A stretch of 62,488 bases of DNA, counting the filler, from Sluysia triapertura (Eukaryota): assembly GCA_046118255.1 (NCBI GenBank). It is 5 parts of 5 records of this genome, joined end to end, with 100 filler letters (N's around TTAATTAATTAA, not from the genome) between each part and the next. Parts side by side here need not be neighbours in the genome. Positions count along the whole stretch, not along the records: positions 14,412 to 27,123 come from JBJNIA010087909.1; positions 27,224 to 39,022 come from JBJNIA010169702.1; 3 more parts are not named here. One strand, written 5' to 3'. The notes under the pieces were generated by a model. It did no database searches and was not told the DNA's origin. It worked only from the letters and a program-made list of their open reading frames with translations. Shown here piece by piece: positions 14,412 through 27,696 of the stretch (position 1 is the first letter of the stretch; every line of letters begins with the position of its first letter). The position numbers and the translations under genes were made by a program.

Positions 14412-14560
14412 CTATTGAATTAAATAAATTATAATAGAGGATTAAATAAATTATGTTATAGATTTTTATTAATGTCGTTATGTCTATTGAATTAAATAAA
14501 TTATAATAGAGGATTAAATAAATTATGTTATAGATTTTTATTAATGTCGTTATGTCTATT
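14412..14560. repeat. 72-bp tandem repeat, 2 identical units at contig edge
   Basis: ctattgaattaaataaattataatagagg...gtcgttatgt occurs twice head-to-tail. Confidence 0.9.
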
Positions 14561-15240
14561 ATTGTAAAATTCATAATTAGTATATAAAATTTTAAAAAAA
14601 CATCTGTAATAAGGTTGTATTGGAAGTAAAGGAATAGAAATATGAAAAGATTTAGATGTAAGATTATTTAAAATGATATGTGATATTTTAAGTTTGAAGT
14701 GTTTAATGATATAAAACGTCTAAAATATTGTGAAGAGTGATTTTATTGTTTGTTTTGTTACAAAATTTCAAATCATAGGGTTGATCACCACAAAGATATC
14801 TTTTTAAAAACCAATTAGGATATCAAATTAAAGTTTTCGGAAGTATTTCCATTAAAAGATTTTATTATTATTTTCAAATTGACAAAATAAATCATTAAAG
14901 TAACATTTGTGAACATAATTTATATATTTATAGAATGCCACTATTTTAAGGTAATATTTAGAAAAACAAATATTTTGTTCATTGATATAGTTATATTTCT
15001 ATTTACTTTTTGTATTAATTGTTTTAGATTTTGTTTGCATAACTAATTACATATTTGATTTTAAAAGATAACAATTTTTCATTTTCATTACACTGGTTTG
15101 AAAAGACTATATGTAATCCAATAAATATATAATTTTAATAATATATTATCAAAAGATTTAACTTTAAATGTTGATTAAATGCTTTAAATGCTTGACGACA
15201 AGTTTAAAATATGTCCTGAGTAATGGTATATAAATATTAG

Positions 15241-15304
15241 GTTAAAAGGCCTTTCGAGTTATGTTGTTGAAATACAAGAACTTATAGATGAAATCATTTG
15301 TCAG
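15241..15304 (+). CDS. Probable dynein heavy chain exon (LKGLSSYVVEIQELIDEIICQ)
   Basis: ag/gt bounded; phase-0 donor fits the next exon. Confidence 0.5.
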
Positions 15305-16129
15305 GTCTGGATCTAAAATTATATTAATAATAGAAATTAATAATAATGAACTATGTAAAAATTAATAACAAAACTTATTAATAGAATTATTAATAGAGAA
15401 GTTATTAATAGAGATAAGGGTTAATTATTTCATTGCCTAAACTTGGTTCATTTATTTTGATTTTTTGGGACATTGCAACACCTTAGGTTTATTTATTTGC
15501 TATTTTTTGTATATTAGTGCTCTGTAAAGTTAATTGATATTTATTCATTTATTTGTGATAATTTTCATAACTTTAAATTTCCTTTCAGATAATATAATCA
15601 AGTTTAAACCTTATTTTGATAAATACGAGGAAGTTTGTCATATTGTTCTTAAGCTTTCTTTAATATGTAATAATAATTTATAACTTTTATTACTTTAATT
15701 AAAAAATACTTATTATTTTATATACTACGTTTACAATACGTACAGATTGTAAGGAACAGTTCAGAAGTCGTTTCTGATTGTGAAGATGGAAGTGCATATC
15801 TTAACACTATTTCTACTACGATTTTGTCTATACATATTTGTGTACCAGGTACGTGCATTTTACCGCTAAATAAATTTAACAATTATTATACGAAAAGCCA
15901 AAACATGAATTGAGAAAAAAATGGTTAAACTTAGAAATAGTGTTAAATGGTATAAATAGTGTTAACATTCTATATTGTATATAAATTTAATTATATAACT
16001 ATATTGTATATTAAAATTGGTTCTGCGTGATTTGTAATTTTTTAATTTTATTTTCGTTATTTTGTTTTTTTTAATTCAAAAATTAAATTATCGTACTTAT
16101 TTTTAATCAATTATCACCAAGAATCAAAA

Positions 16130-16330
16130 CTGCAATTAAATTCTTCCATGACATTATCAAAATTTAATAATATCACAATTATCCAATAGTAGTATCAAGT
16201 AGTATCAAAGATCTCTGAAAACAATATCGCATTCCAACTATATTATCAAAGTTCTTCAGCAGCAATATCAATATTCCACTGCTCTTAATATCGAAATTTC
16301 ATTTTTATTGTTGTCATCAGAAAACGCTTC
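16130..16330 (-). mobile_element. pogo/Tigger-like DDE transposase relic
   Basis: LKNFDNIVG...ILLLDNC on minus strand, broken. Confidence 0.3.
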
Positions 16331-17134
16331 TTTATTTAATATTTCCATTGATATTATTCCATGGCTAATAATTTTTCTATAGTTAAGTTTTTCCTAGTTA
16401 ATTTTTCATATGACCAATACCTCTGTAAAGTTAAAATTATAATAATGCATTTTTGTGATAATGTGGCAATTTCATCTGAATATTAGTTAATTTTTTCTAT
16501 AATATTGCTATGGTTTAAGTGTGTTCTTGTCACACTCAATTCATATGGTTTTTTGCACTATTTAGATTCAATTTTTATTTGAATTCAGAAATTATCTGAT
16601 AACTAGTTTACAAGTTGTCATGACAATTAAATGACAAAATGTTATTTATAAAAAGAACTTTTATTATCGATATAATCAACGTATTTTTCTTGCAGGTGAA
16701 CATATTAAGTACTTTAAACGGTTATAAAATGTGATCCATAAATAAAATTGTTTAGTTAGCTTCAAAAAACATTTACTTTTGGATTATATTCTTGTTTATA
16801 TTATTTTCTTTGAAAAATGATTCACACATTTGCATCACATTTTCCTAAAACTTGCATATAAATTGGGAGTATTTTAGTGATATAAAGATATTTCAATATA
16901 TATATATATATATGACTAATATACTGAAATAAACTCATATATAACAGAAATGCACCATATATAAGAATTTTTATATAATCCCGTTATCTAAGAATTTATC
17001 AGGAAAGCACACACTTCTCGCAAAATGAGAATTCTCGTTTCTCTATGTGAATGCGTTAAAAAGCTTAATATTAAGCAGTTTACTGTTGCATATTTTATTG
17101 AAATATGTGTTAATAATATTTTATTATATTTTAG

Positions 17135-17239
17135 GATGCTGAAGTGGATTTTCAGAATTCTATGAAAAAAGCAGTTTTAGATTATGCATTATTAAATAAA
17201 AAAGAACAACGAAGATTAGGTTTGATTATTCCCGATAAA
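17135..17239 (+). CDS. DNAH3: Axonemal inner-arm dynein heavy chain (DNAH3/7/12 group), tail exon
   Basis: DAEVDFQNSMKKAVLDYALLNKKEQRRLGLIIPDK (SxxKxIxDYxLxxxxExxRL); ag/gt, phase 0/0. DNAH3 is the closest recalled paralogue; orthology unproven. Confidence 0.8.
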
Positions 17240-19419
17240 GTAATTTTAAAATTTATTCAACTAAACTTATTTTTACGGTAATTTTAAACGTTTAGTTTAA
17301 TTAAAATTTTTATATTAATGTTAACTTATTTTAATTGAATAAATTATAATACTTAATTGTGAATTAATTAAAATTTAACTTTGATTATAATAAGGGTTCT
17401 TTTTATATGAATGATAACATTTAGAAATGAAATTTAATTTAAACGAAGACTTCAAAATTGCATTATTTTATTAAAAGTTATTCCTAGAGGGCTAATTTCA
17501 GTTTTTTAATATTTTATTATATAATCTATTTTTATAATTCTTAAATAACTCTATTTATAATTTGCTAAAGATATTCATTATAAATAGCACTTAAAAATAA
17601 GCTAAAATATTCATTTTCATTATTTTTTAATATTCACTTTTGTTAGATTGCCATTAGTTTATTTAACTCTGGTATAAGGAGTGGTTCTACAGGTATGAGT
17701 TTGTACATAAATATTAGCAATGGGCCCATTTAGTTTCTTTTCAAATTAACCACGTGATGAAACTATCTATCTTTGTTAAAAGATGATCATTTAAAATATT
17801 AATTTAGTATTGTATCTTGTGATGGAAAGGTAGATTTAATGAAAACTTTTTAAAGATATTTAAAACTTAAATGGCTCCAATTTCAAATAATATTGTTTAA
17901 GTATTCATTACGATTATGAAAAACGCAGAAGGCCAATTTTATTTTAAAGGTCGATTTATTTTATTAATTTTAGATGGTTTGAGCATCCTATTAAATCTAC
18001 GTGGATAATTTTTGTTAATTCGTTTAAATTTATATTTTCATTGATTAATGTCATTGTAGATATTAAAATTTTAAAAATCTGAGTAAGACTTTAGTAAGTG
18101 TAACTCGAGTAAGCTTATCAAAGAATAATTTGTCTAAACATCATAACTTATTAATTTTAGGATATGTGGGAATTTAGGCTTCACACTACGATATTTATTT
18201 TACTCTTTAATTATTGATTATTTCATTCTCACCTTTTTTTATAAGACAACCAATGACACTTGTTTACACTTCGTCCTTCATCAACCTCAACAAAAATAAT
18301 AGTTAAATAATCAATGAAAACTATTTATTTTAGTTTTAATAAAACTAATTAATTTTTGACTTTTGTATTAAATTACACTTATAAATCTTTTAAGTGAAAA
18401 AACAATTTGTTTTAATAATTTTCATTTTAGTTATTCTAACATATTAAATTAATCAGAAAGCCTCATAAAAACCTTATTCTAACCTTCCGTCTACTGTCCA
18501 ATACCACTGGACATATTTCATTGGCATCCATTCATTACATTTTCGTTTCTTTTCCATTTATTCAAATTGATTTATTTCGTTTTAAAAGTTAGCGTGGATC
18601 TACTACCAGTACTCTAATAAAATTTGCGAACCGCAAAGATTTAAAGAATTAATCTGTTACAAAAGTAGAATTCAAGGTCATAATGGTAATTAATAAATTA
18701 TTGAAATCCTGAAGCTACAATGAATACTCTCATGATATAACAATGTTGTATCAGTTATGTTTGAAAAATCTAAAAGGTGTTACAAAAATTGATAAATCAC
18801 TGCAAGATTATGAAGTATGTATGATGACTAATTTTTTCTATTTCAGAAATAATATGAATATGTTCGAAGTGTTTTTGAGTATTTATTTCATAGTAGATAC
18901 TAGTGCTAGATAAATTAATATTTTAATATGAATTAAATTTTACAATAAATTTAAGTTTTACAGATTTTTTTTATCGCAATTATGAATTTGATGTAATTAA
19001 ATTTAAATTTTAAAATAAGTTTAAATTATTTTCGAATTTTTAGTTTTAAGTCCGCTTTTTAAACCTAAATTTTATAATTACATTTCAAAAGGTTTGTATT
19101 TTAATTTAAATAACCCATAAACTTATTTAACCCATTAATTGCCTATTTCATTTTTGAAGTTTTGATGTGAAAGAATTATAATAATTGTTAATAGTAAACT
19201 ATTATTAATCATTAATAAAAAATTTAATAAAAATATAGAATAACTAAATTAAATACCAAAACGTAATAACAACATAATCAGAACAATATTTTGGATATAA
19301 TAAAAATAAAATTTAATACAGAAATTATTGAACTAAATAAGTATAACTAGAAGTCAAAATTTATTACAGTTTATTGAAGGTATTATTACAATATTTATGT
19401 TTATGTTGTGCAGAGTTTT

Positions 19420-19975
19420 TCATATAATTCAATTTAAGCCTTTTGTCAAATAATTTAAGCATCATATTATTAATCTGGAGGAAAATAATTTATCAAATAC
19501 GATAATCATTACGGATAATCCACCTATACATAAATCATATGTGTCAAGAATAATCATGAAATAAAATTTACTCCACCGTATTTATTCCAATTTAAGAAGT
19601 CTTTTCGAAGTGGAAAAATATAATAAAGTCTGAAAATTGTCAAAAGAAGATCATTTAAAATTGAAAATAATGCAATCAAGTTTGGATATCAGTAGAGAAG
19701 ATTATAACTCATATTTTAGGCATATGCGGGAATATTTAATCAGAGCAATTGACAGTGAGCCATTTTAATAAATAATTTTTATTCTAAATTTATTGTAATC
19801 TTATTAAAATGTATGAATGTTCGCTTATTTTGGAGTTTTTTTATTTTATTGAATAATATATAAGCATTATAATTATAATATTCTAATTAATTTCTAAAAA
19901 GATTAAGTTAAAAATTCTTAAATTATTTGACAAGAGAATTAAATGACAAAAGGATTAAATTATATTGACTGATAT
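19420..19975 (+). mobile_element. IS630/Tc1-like transposase relic with inverted ends
   Basis: IITDNPPIHKS, LPPY..Q, SKWKNII; ttttgtcaaataatttaag at ~19441 is inverted to cttaaattatttgacaa at ~19917. Confidence 0.5.
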
Positions 19976-20145
19976 GTATAAAATTTTAGTAAACTGTCAA
20001 ATACACTTAATATATTTTTCGCGCCAAATGGTGTACATAAAATTCCAAAATCCCCCAATGGAGATCGTGACAGTTAATTGGTTAATAAATATAATCAATA
20101 ATTAATTTGATTTGACTTTAAAATTATTCAAATTTTTAAATGCAG

Positions 20146-20276
20146 TTTCCACTTCCCGTACTGCGTGAAGAAATGCCATGGCATTCTAGAACATGCTATT
20201 CTAAGGAATTTATGAAATACAAGGCTTATTTTACCAATTCTTGTATTCAAGCATTACATAACAACTTTACAAAAAA
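20146..20276 (+). CDS. DNAH3: Dynein heavy chain exon
   Basis: FPLPVLREEMPWHSRTCYSKEFMKYKAYFTNSCIQALHNNFTK; PWH motif; tgcag/gtaagt; phase 0/2. Confidence 0.82.
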
Positions 20277-21620
20277 GTAAGTATAGTCACTTCTCTAAAT
20301 CCAAATATTAACAATGAAACTATTTTGTCATTGCATTGTTTTTGCATTTAATACTTTATTTAATGATAATAATAATTGAATTAATTATTAATTATGTTAT
20401 AAAAAATTTTAAAAATAGATATTCAATTATTTGATATTAAACAATACATTTACTAACAAGATTCAATTAAAAATTGTTATGATTTGTTAATTGTGTGTGG
20501 CACATTCAGATCTATGTTTATTGTTTTCAGTATTTATTTTCTTTTTTCTTTTTTAATTCATGATATTTAAAGATTTTTATGTTGAGATTGTTTTGATTTT
20601 CTTTTAATTACAATTTTGTTTTAATTTTTCTCATTTTTATATTTATTAAAATTTATATTTTAATTTTAATGCTATATTGTAATGAAAATTTTTAAAAAGA
20701 TTATTTGTGAATTGATTGCAATTTAAGAAACGTTTAATAATAACGTATGATTTTAATTACCTTTCACATTATTATAAAAGGTAACAATTATTGACTATTA
20801 AAAAATAAATTTTATTGTTTTATAATATTTTTAATCTTAAAATAAAAGCAACCAGAATTTATTAAATAAAAACAATTAGTTCATTTTACATCAAGAAATT
20901 TTTAAATTTCAACATGATTCAACCTGTCAAATGATAACTACTAAATAAACCTTTTCTTAAATTAGTTGTGCAGGTCTATGCACATCGAAATAATTTTTGT
21001 TAATATATAAAAGTTGACAATAGTATTAAAAATTTGACAGAATGTATTTAATATTAAATAAATTTTTCTCTTCTGGCTCTCTCCAGCCATGTTCTCACAT
21101 TTCTATTGAAACTGTTTCATTATGTTTTCTTTTATAATTGTTTTTTTAAAAGGGAAAAGATTACCTTATAATCAGTTAAATTAAGTCAATAATAAAAATC
21201 ACAATAAACATTGATTTATTTCATAACAAATTTATAAAATTTAAAGTTTTATAAAAAGTGACAGTACATATTTAATATGTTTGATGTATTTTATATTATT
21301 TTACAAAGGTAACCTTGTTTATTTGTCATATCGATTCTTTTGTTAAAAGTGAAGTATTTTATAAAGTATTTATTTCTTATTTAAGGAACTTTCACAATAG
21401 AAATAATAAATCATTAATAGAACTATGTGTTTTAATTTTTATTCCATTAAGTTTTATTAAAAACTCAGTTTTAAAAGAAATAAAACTAATTTGACACTTA
21501 ATGAAAATACATAAACTAAACCACACTTTTATATATACATTATCACAATACTCGATTAGTTAATTCAAATTTAAGAGTTCTTTGTTACTTATAATACTTC
21601 ATTTATTCTATTTAATTCAG

Positions 21621-21825
21621 ATATTGGAATATGCGATTAATTAGTATAGAACAAATTAAAGAAAATTCACCCATGACTTTAAATGAATTGGTAAAACTAT
21701 GTGAAAAATATAGCACTGAACAAAGTATGGTATTAAAAGACATGTGGATGTCAGAATGTGAAGCGCTGATGAATAGTAATATAGAATTAATCGAACAGGC
21801 ATTAATGCATGATGGTATGGAACAA
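21621..21825 (+). CDS. DNAH3: Dynein heavy chain exon
   Basis: YWNMRLISIEQIKENSPMTLNEL...LKDMWMSEC...MEQ; phase 2/0 matches both neighbours. Confidence 0.82.
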
Positions 21826-21956
21826 GTAATCATATACTACATTGTTGTATCGTAATAATATAATACTACTTCTACTAAATTTACTATTGCTACTGCAACT
21901 ATTACTATTATTGCTACTACTTTTACCACTATTACTGTTACTACTACCAATATAAT

Positions 21957-21957
<1 letters not shown>

Positions 21958-22010
<53 letters not shown>

Positions 22011-22050
22011 CATAAAAATAATAATAATAATTATTATTATTAATATTACT
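21958..22050. repeat. (AAT)n microsatellite
   Basis: Direct reading. Confidence 0.95.
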
Positions 22051-23235
22051 ATCTTTATTATTATATTTTCATAGTATAAAATAAATTTTATATATTTAAA
22101 TTCAAATTTTTGTAATAAATTTTCAAAAACTAAAATTCAAAATAAAAATCTTCAAAGTTTTAGTATACTCGATAGTTTTAGAGAAACAGCTTAAAAATAT
22201 AAAAGAAATATCTAAAATTATGTGCTTAATTTGAAAGATAAATGAAGGACAAAAAAATGAAGAGAACTTAATTAGCAAATAGAGAAGGTTACGTATTAAA
22301 CGAAAGCAACACAGTGTTAAAAAAAGAATACTTGCAAGTACAAACAATTAAGAACCTTAATTACTAGTTGAATACTCGGGAAAAATGAATAAATTAATAG
22401 CATGGCCAAATATTAACTAATATATAGAAGAAATTGTCACATTATCAAGAAAATGTATATATTAAAATCATTTATATTATCTTAACTACAGAAAGAAATT
22501 AACATAAATTAATTGTAAAACGTTATTATAGAATGGAATTCAAAAAATTATTGGCCATGATATAATATCATTGGAAAGTGGTTTTCTGTTGATAGAAGAT
22601 TTTCAAAAAATAGACGGTTTTAATAAAATCTTAAATTTAAAGATAGCATAATAACTTACAAAATAATATTAAATTTTCTTTATATTATTTTTTTAAAATA
22701 TTATTTTGTATTTATTTCCAAATTCTAAAAAGTTTGGATATATATTTTTTCTTTATAATGAATTTTTACATTAAAACTCTAAAAGGATTATCTTATGAAT
22801 CAATTTTACCATGTTTGTTTTCGAATGAGAAAATTTTGCTAACACATTCTATGCAGGCTGTTTTAACCCAATCTAAGCTAAAAGCGGGCGATTTTGGACA
22901 TTTATCTTATGATAATTTATTATAATTACATTTATTTATTAATTTATTAAAATATTTATTATTTATTTAATATGTATTAATATGTTCAAAACGTGTTAAC
23001 TCGTTTCCCGCAAAGAATGTGTTAATACAATATAATTAATATAATATAATATAATAATTCCAAAATAAAAACAGTCAATTTGGATGTTTCAATCGGAACA
23101 TAAATATTTTAAAATTTTTGATTTAAAAAAGGATCTTAACAAATACCTAAGACAAGTTAAAGAATACGAATCATTCTTCACTTCACTTAAACTATTTTTT
23201 CGAGAAATAAAAATAAAATGTTTATTTTTATTTAG

Positions 23236-23442
23236 TATAACCGCATTAAAGAAATGAAACGTTTTTTTAATACTGTTGCATCTTTACAATCACGTTTATT
23301 ACGACACATTATTACGGAATCAATAAATGATTTGTATAATTTTATTTTGAGTTATCGTGATGTTATATGTTACCAAGACAACTATGATTTATTTTCTGGT
23401 ATGGCGGTCAGTGGCACACTAAATGTTATTTCAATTCAGTTG
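23236..23442 (+). CDS. DNAH3: Dynein heavy chain exon
   Basis: YNRIKEMKRFFNTVASLQSRLLRHIITESINDL...IQL (FFxxVAxLxSxxLR); phase 0/0; alternative donor at 23449. Confidence 0.85.
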
Positions 23443-24678
23443 GTTAGAGTTTGAGTATTATTTATTGACTTATCAATTGCTATTATCTTTTTTTAACATT
23501 TTGTATTGACATTTATTGATTTAAAATCATTAATTAATATTGTTGTTTTAATTGATCTTAGTTAAAATGTATGTTTGCATTTCTTCAATCAAGTTTTATT
23601 CATTTTAAGATGTGTCTTAGAAAATTTCTTTTACCCAAACTCTATTTGAATTTTTTCATAAGTTCATAATATAATATAAACTGTAAAAAATCTTATAAAC
23701 TCGTTCCTGCTATGCTTTGGGTCACCTAAAGAATTCTGTATATTCGAAGCTATGTAGGAAATTCTTTTATCATTTTATTGAGTAATAAGTAAGACATTTT
23801 TTCTGAAATCTTTTGAATAAAATGAACGAATATTTAAATGATATTTTAATATTTCTAATAGATTTTATATTACAAATTTAATCTATATATTATAGTATAA
23901 TATATTCTATTTTTCTAATTTCAGAAATATTTATAAATAATAAATGATTATAAATAATAAATGCTGATATATGAATTTGAAAATAATAATTTACTGAAAA
24001 GTTTTGTCAAAGTTTTTTTAATACAATATAAAGTATAGTTAGTAAATGCTGTCAATAAGCAAATTATAAATTAAAAGTCTAAACTAAATAAAATATAATA
24101 CATAAAGACAATAATGTTTAAAATTATTATTTAAATAATATTTTTTTAAAAATTATCTTCCAAGTGGAGATTTTGGAAGAAATTTTGAGACTGCTCATTA
24201 AAAGAAGTTGCTTTTTACCATTTATCAATATTATCTGTCACAAAAATTATGGCTTTTACAAACTGCACTCAAATTGTTTTATAAAGATTACAAAACCATA
24301 ACTTTATCTTCTTAATTAATGCTATAATATTATTTACTGTTTTTTATTCATGTTGCACTATTTTCGCTAATGTTTAATAACACTTTCGTTAATTTCGTAC
24401 TGTTATTTTTTCATACTAAAGCAAAATATGGCTGTGCTTTGTTGTAGACATCGGTAAACTTTATTTTTACTCATTGTATTGTTTTCATAGATATTTTTAA
24501 AAAGTGAAATGACCACTAATCATAAATTTATGTTAAATACTTACATGAAAAATGTTTTACGAACTGGAATTTTCATCTTATTTCTTATTGAATGTTCTGT
24601 GTATTTGAAAAATTTTAAACAATAGATTAATAAAATGTCATTAAGCTTGTATTATACTTTTTAATTCTTTTTTATTAG

Positions 24679-24938
24679 AAAGCTGAATTAGGCAAACAAG
24701 CACCAATCATATTCGCACCATCATTTGATCGGATATGTGATCAATTTGGTGAAATTATTGATCAAATAATAAATTCATTGAGCTCGATTTCAAGATTAGA
24801 AAAAGTGCTTTTTGTGCACGATGATGCTGTTATTAAAATTCCTTTTATTTCTGTTACTAAAATCTTTGAAGATTTTGTTATTAGTGTCAAATCCAGAATA
24901 GCAGATATAGTGATTGTTAACAGTGAAGCTCCAATAAA
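24679..24938 (+). CDS. DNAH3: Dynein heavy chain exon
   Basis: KAELGKQAPIIFAPSFDRIC...ISRLEKVLF...NSEAPI; phase 0/2. Confidence 0.85.
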
Positions 24939-26355
24939 GTTAGTAATTTTAAATATTTTCAATACTTAAAGTGTTTTCTTTTACTATTTATATTGTTTGA
25001 AATTATCAATAAATATGATTTTCTAAAATCTTTTATTAAAATGTCTGAAATATTACTAATTGAGATTATTAAAACTTTAAGGTTTTTATTTAAGTATTTG
25101 GTCCTTCATAATCTTTACTTACTTTATAATACTGTTTTATATGTTATTATGAGTAATTCTGACTCATCTCTGTTCGGTATAGATGAAAGTGTAATTAATA
25201 AATATGAATTCAGATTTTTACTGCCATTTTCTAATTTATGCACAATAAAAAAATAATTAATTATAAACTTACATTAGCTTAAAAACTTTTGAAAATAAAG
25301 TGTAATAAATAATTAATAAAAATTTAAAATTTTCTTTAATTATTAAACCAAAGGTTAATTTTAATTTATTAATTTTCAATCACTTAACATTTATAATAAA
25401 AAACTTGTAATCCAAAATGTCATACAATTTTCCTTGTTCACAAATTATGGCCAATAAATAATCAATTTCCCTCATATTAGTTGAAAACAACTTTGAACAT
25501 CTAACCAATGGCTTTACTATGGTTATATAACCAGTTTTCTCAATATATTATTTAATTATAATACATATTATCATTTTGACTAAGTATTTTTTGTGCAGTT
25601 TAGTTTATCATAATTATAACAATCATTTTATTTACTTATAAGCGTCCCGATAGTTTTTGTTTGTTCGTGTTTTAATATGTTTTTGGGTGTTAATTAATTG
25701 TGACAGATTATCACCTTCTTCTTTCACGTTTATTTTCTATTTTCTTATTTTTGTTATTTAAAGATGATAGTCAAAAGATGTTGTATTCATAATAAAAGTG
25801 GTTAAAATGTTGAAACTAATTTATAGTAACATATATGAAGGTAAAATTAAGGTTAAGATAAATCTAAGTTGTTTTAATAATCTCATTAGTTTCAAAGAAA
25901 TGTCTCGAAAAATCTGTAGATTTATCTATTTGCTAATTATGAATGGTGAGTTCTACTTTATGTTTTTTACATTCTACTTTTGTTACCTTTTATTTTAATT
26001 TAACTTTTATTTAGATTTACTTTAAAATTATTTTAAAATAATAAAACTTAGTTAATAATTTATAATTAATAACTTATTAAGTATTATTAATTATTAACTA
26101 CTAAATTATTAATAATAATTTAGAGTTAATAAATTCTAAAATTTTATACTTGTTTTAAATTAAATTTATTTTTCTTATGTTAAATGTAAATAAAATTAAA
26201 AAAAACTAATGATGTTCATTCAGAGGTGATATTTTACAACGTCAAATTATTGAATTATGAAAATGATGCTACAACGTAGAAATTATATTTATATTTATAT
26301 TTATTATATTTATTTTATATTTATTTCATATTTATTTAATTATACATTATTTAAG

Positions 26356-26563
26356 ATATTCGAAACTTTACAATGATTTTCAATACTTACTTGAGAAATC
26401 AACTGAAGAACGTTATAATAAATTTATTAACAATTCTGACAAACATATCAGTGATTATATTCATGAATTAGAAAAATTAAAATCTTTATCATCAAAAGCT
26501 GCTGATAAACCAAATACTTTACCAATGCACTTTTTTAAATTAGATTGTACAGAAATAAATCAG
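26356..26563 (+). CDS. DNAH3: Dynein heavy chain exon
   Basis: YSKLYNDFQYLL...LPMHFFKLDCTEINQ; phase 2/0. Confidence 0.85.
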
Positions 26564-26621
26564 GTTTATATTTTAATATTTTAAAATATTTTATTATTAT
26601 TATTATTATTTAATGTTATAG

Positions 26622-26825
26622 TGGTTAAAAGACCGATCAAAATATTTATCACTGATATTGTTAAATCATATGGTGGAAAAAAGTCGAATATTTAATCGTG
26701 CTATTTGTACTCAGTATGATAATATTGTGAAAAAGATTACTAAGCAGTCACAATCTACAGATCAATTGGTAGAATTAAGGGAATATGTTGTAAAATTGGC
26801 TTCAGGTGAACTAGTACAATTGAAG
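26622..26825 (+). CDS. DNAH3: Dynein heavy chain exon
   Basis: WLKDRSK...NRAICTQYDNIVKKI...STDQLVELREYV...QLK; follows a 58-nt intron. Confidence 0.87.
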
Positions 26826-26872
26826 GTTGAAATATAATATTTTATTACTATTATTATTAATATTATTTCCAG

Positions 26873-27007
26873 AATAAATTAGAAAAAGCTGCTAAAACAG
26901 TATTGTTTCTTCTAGATTATACATTGTTACCTTCTGATGACATATTATTAAATAATATGACGTTTACTTGGTCCAATCGAATATTGCCTATAATTGAAAG
27001 CGCGTTG
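26873..27007 (+). CDS. DNAH3: Dynein heavy chain exon (gene continues beyond contig)
   Basis: NKLEKAAKTVLFLLDYTLLPSDDILLNNMTFTWSNRILPIIESAL (FLxDYxxLPxxDIxLNxxxFxW); follows a 47-nt intron. Confidence 0.87.
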
Positions 27008-27053
27008 GTTTAAAACAATATACATTATTTTTTTAAATAAAAAATGATTATTT

Positions 27054-27055
<2 letters not shown>

Positions 27056-27123
<68 letters not shown>
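27056..27123. repeat. (TAA)n microsatellite at contig end
   Basis: Direct reading. Confidence 0.95.
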
Positions 27124-27223
27124 NNNNNNNNNNNNNNNNNNNNNNNNNNNNNNNNNNNNNNNNNNNNTTAATTAATTAANNNNNNNNNNNNNNNNNNNNN
27201 NNNNNNNNNNNNNNNNNNNNNNN
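27124..27223. other. Artificial contig linker
   Basis: Same N44-TTAATTAATTAA-N44 structure. Confidence 0.98.
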
Positions 27224-27540
27224 ATATTTTATTTAATTGATATTTACACTTTTTAACAATACAATTAATATTTTCTTCCATGTTCATTTTTGAATCCACA
27301 AACAACCTATATTTCGTACTTTTTGCTTCGCATCTAGTGTCTTGCCTCATTTATTTTGGTATTGTCGCTATTTTTATTACTGAAGATTATAAATTCTGAC
27401 TATTCTTCATTGATTATTTTCAAGTATTTATTTCCAAACCACTTTATCAATTCAGATACTAATTGTTCTGTTCTTCTGTTTTGATATCTTTTACACTATA
27501 TAAAAGCCGAATGAAATCGAAATGGTATTGATATTCTAAT
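27224..27540 (-). mobile_element. LINE (L2/CR1-like) RT C-terminal relic
   Basis: KWFGNKYLKI..SEFII and KYRLFVDSKMNMEENINCIVKKC (KxLGVxxDxxLxxxxHIxxIxKK). Confidence 0.55.
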
Positions 27541-27579
27541 TGTATAATAATAACAATAAATAAATAATTAATTATTTAG

Positions 27580-27696
27580 CTCGATTATCAGTCAATCAAA
27601 AGCATAGCCGATAAAAAGCAAATTATTTTAATAACACAAACATCTGACGTTGTTATCGGTGCTAAGAAACACATTGGAATTATTCATGTAAAGTGA
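27580..27696 (+). CDS. Candidate exon LDYQSIKSIADKKQIILITQTSDVVIGAKKHIGIIH(VK*), product unknown
   Basis: tttag acceptor; only phase 0 is open; possible phase-0 donor gtaaag at 27688 would fit the exon at 34182. Confidence 0.3.
   Translation, partial: LDYQSIKSIADKKQIILITQTSDVVIGAKKHIGIIHVK

Noticed and set aside
27580-27696. SMC/ABC-ATPase C-terminal exon
   Set aside because: QIILITQ..AKKHIGI is suggestive, but 38 aa is too short and no other exon supports it
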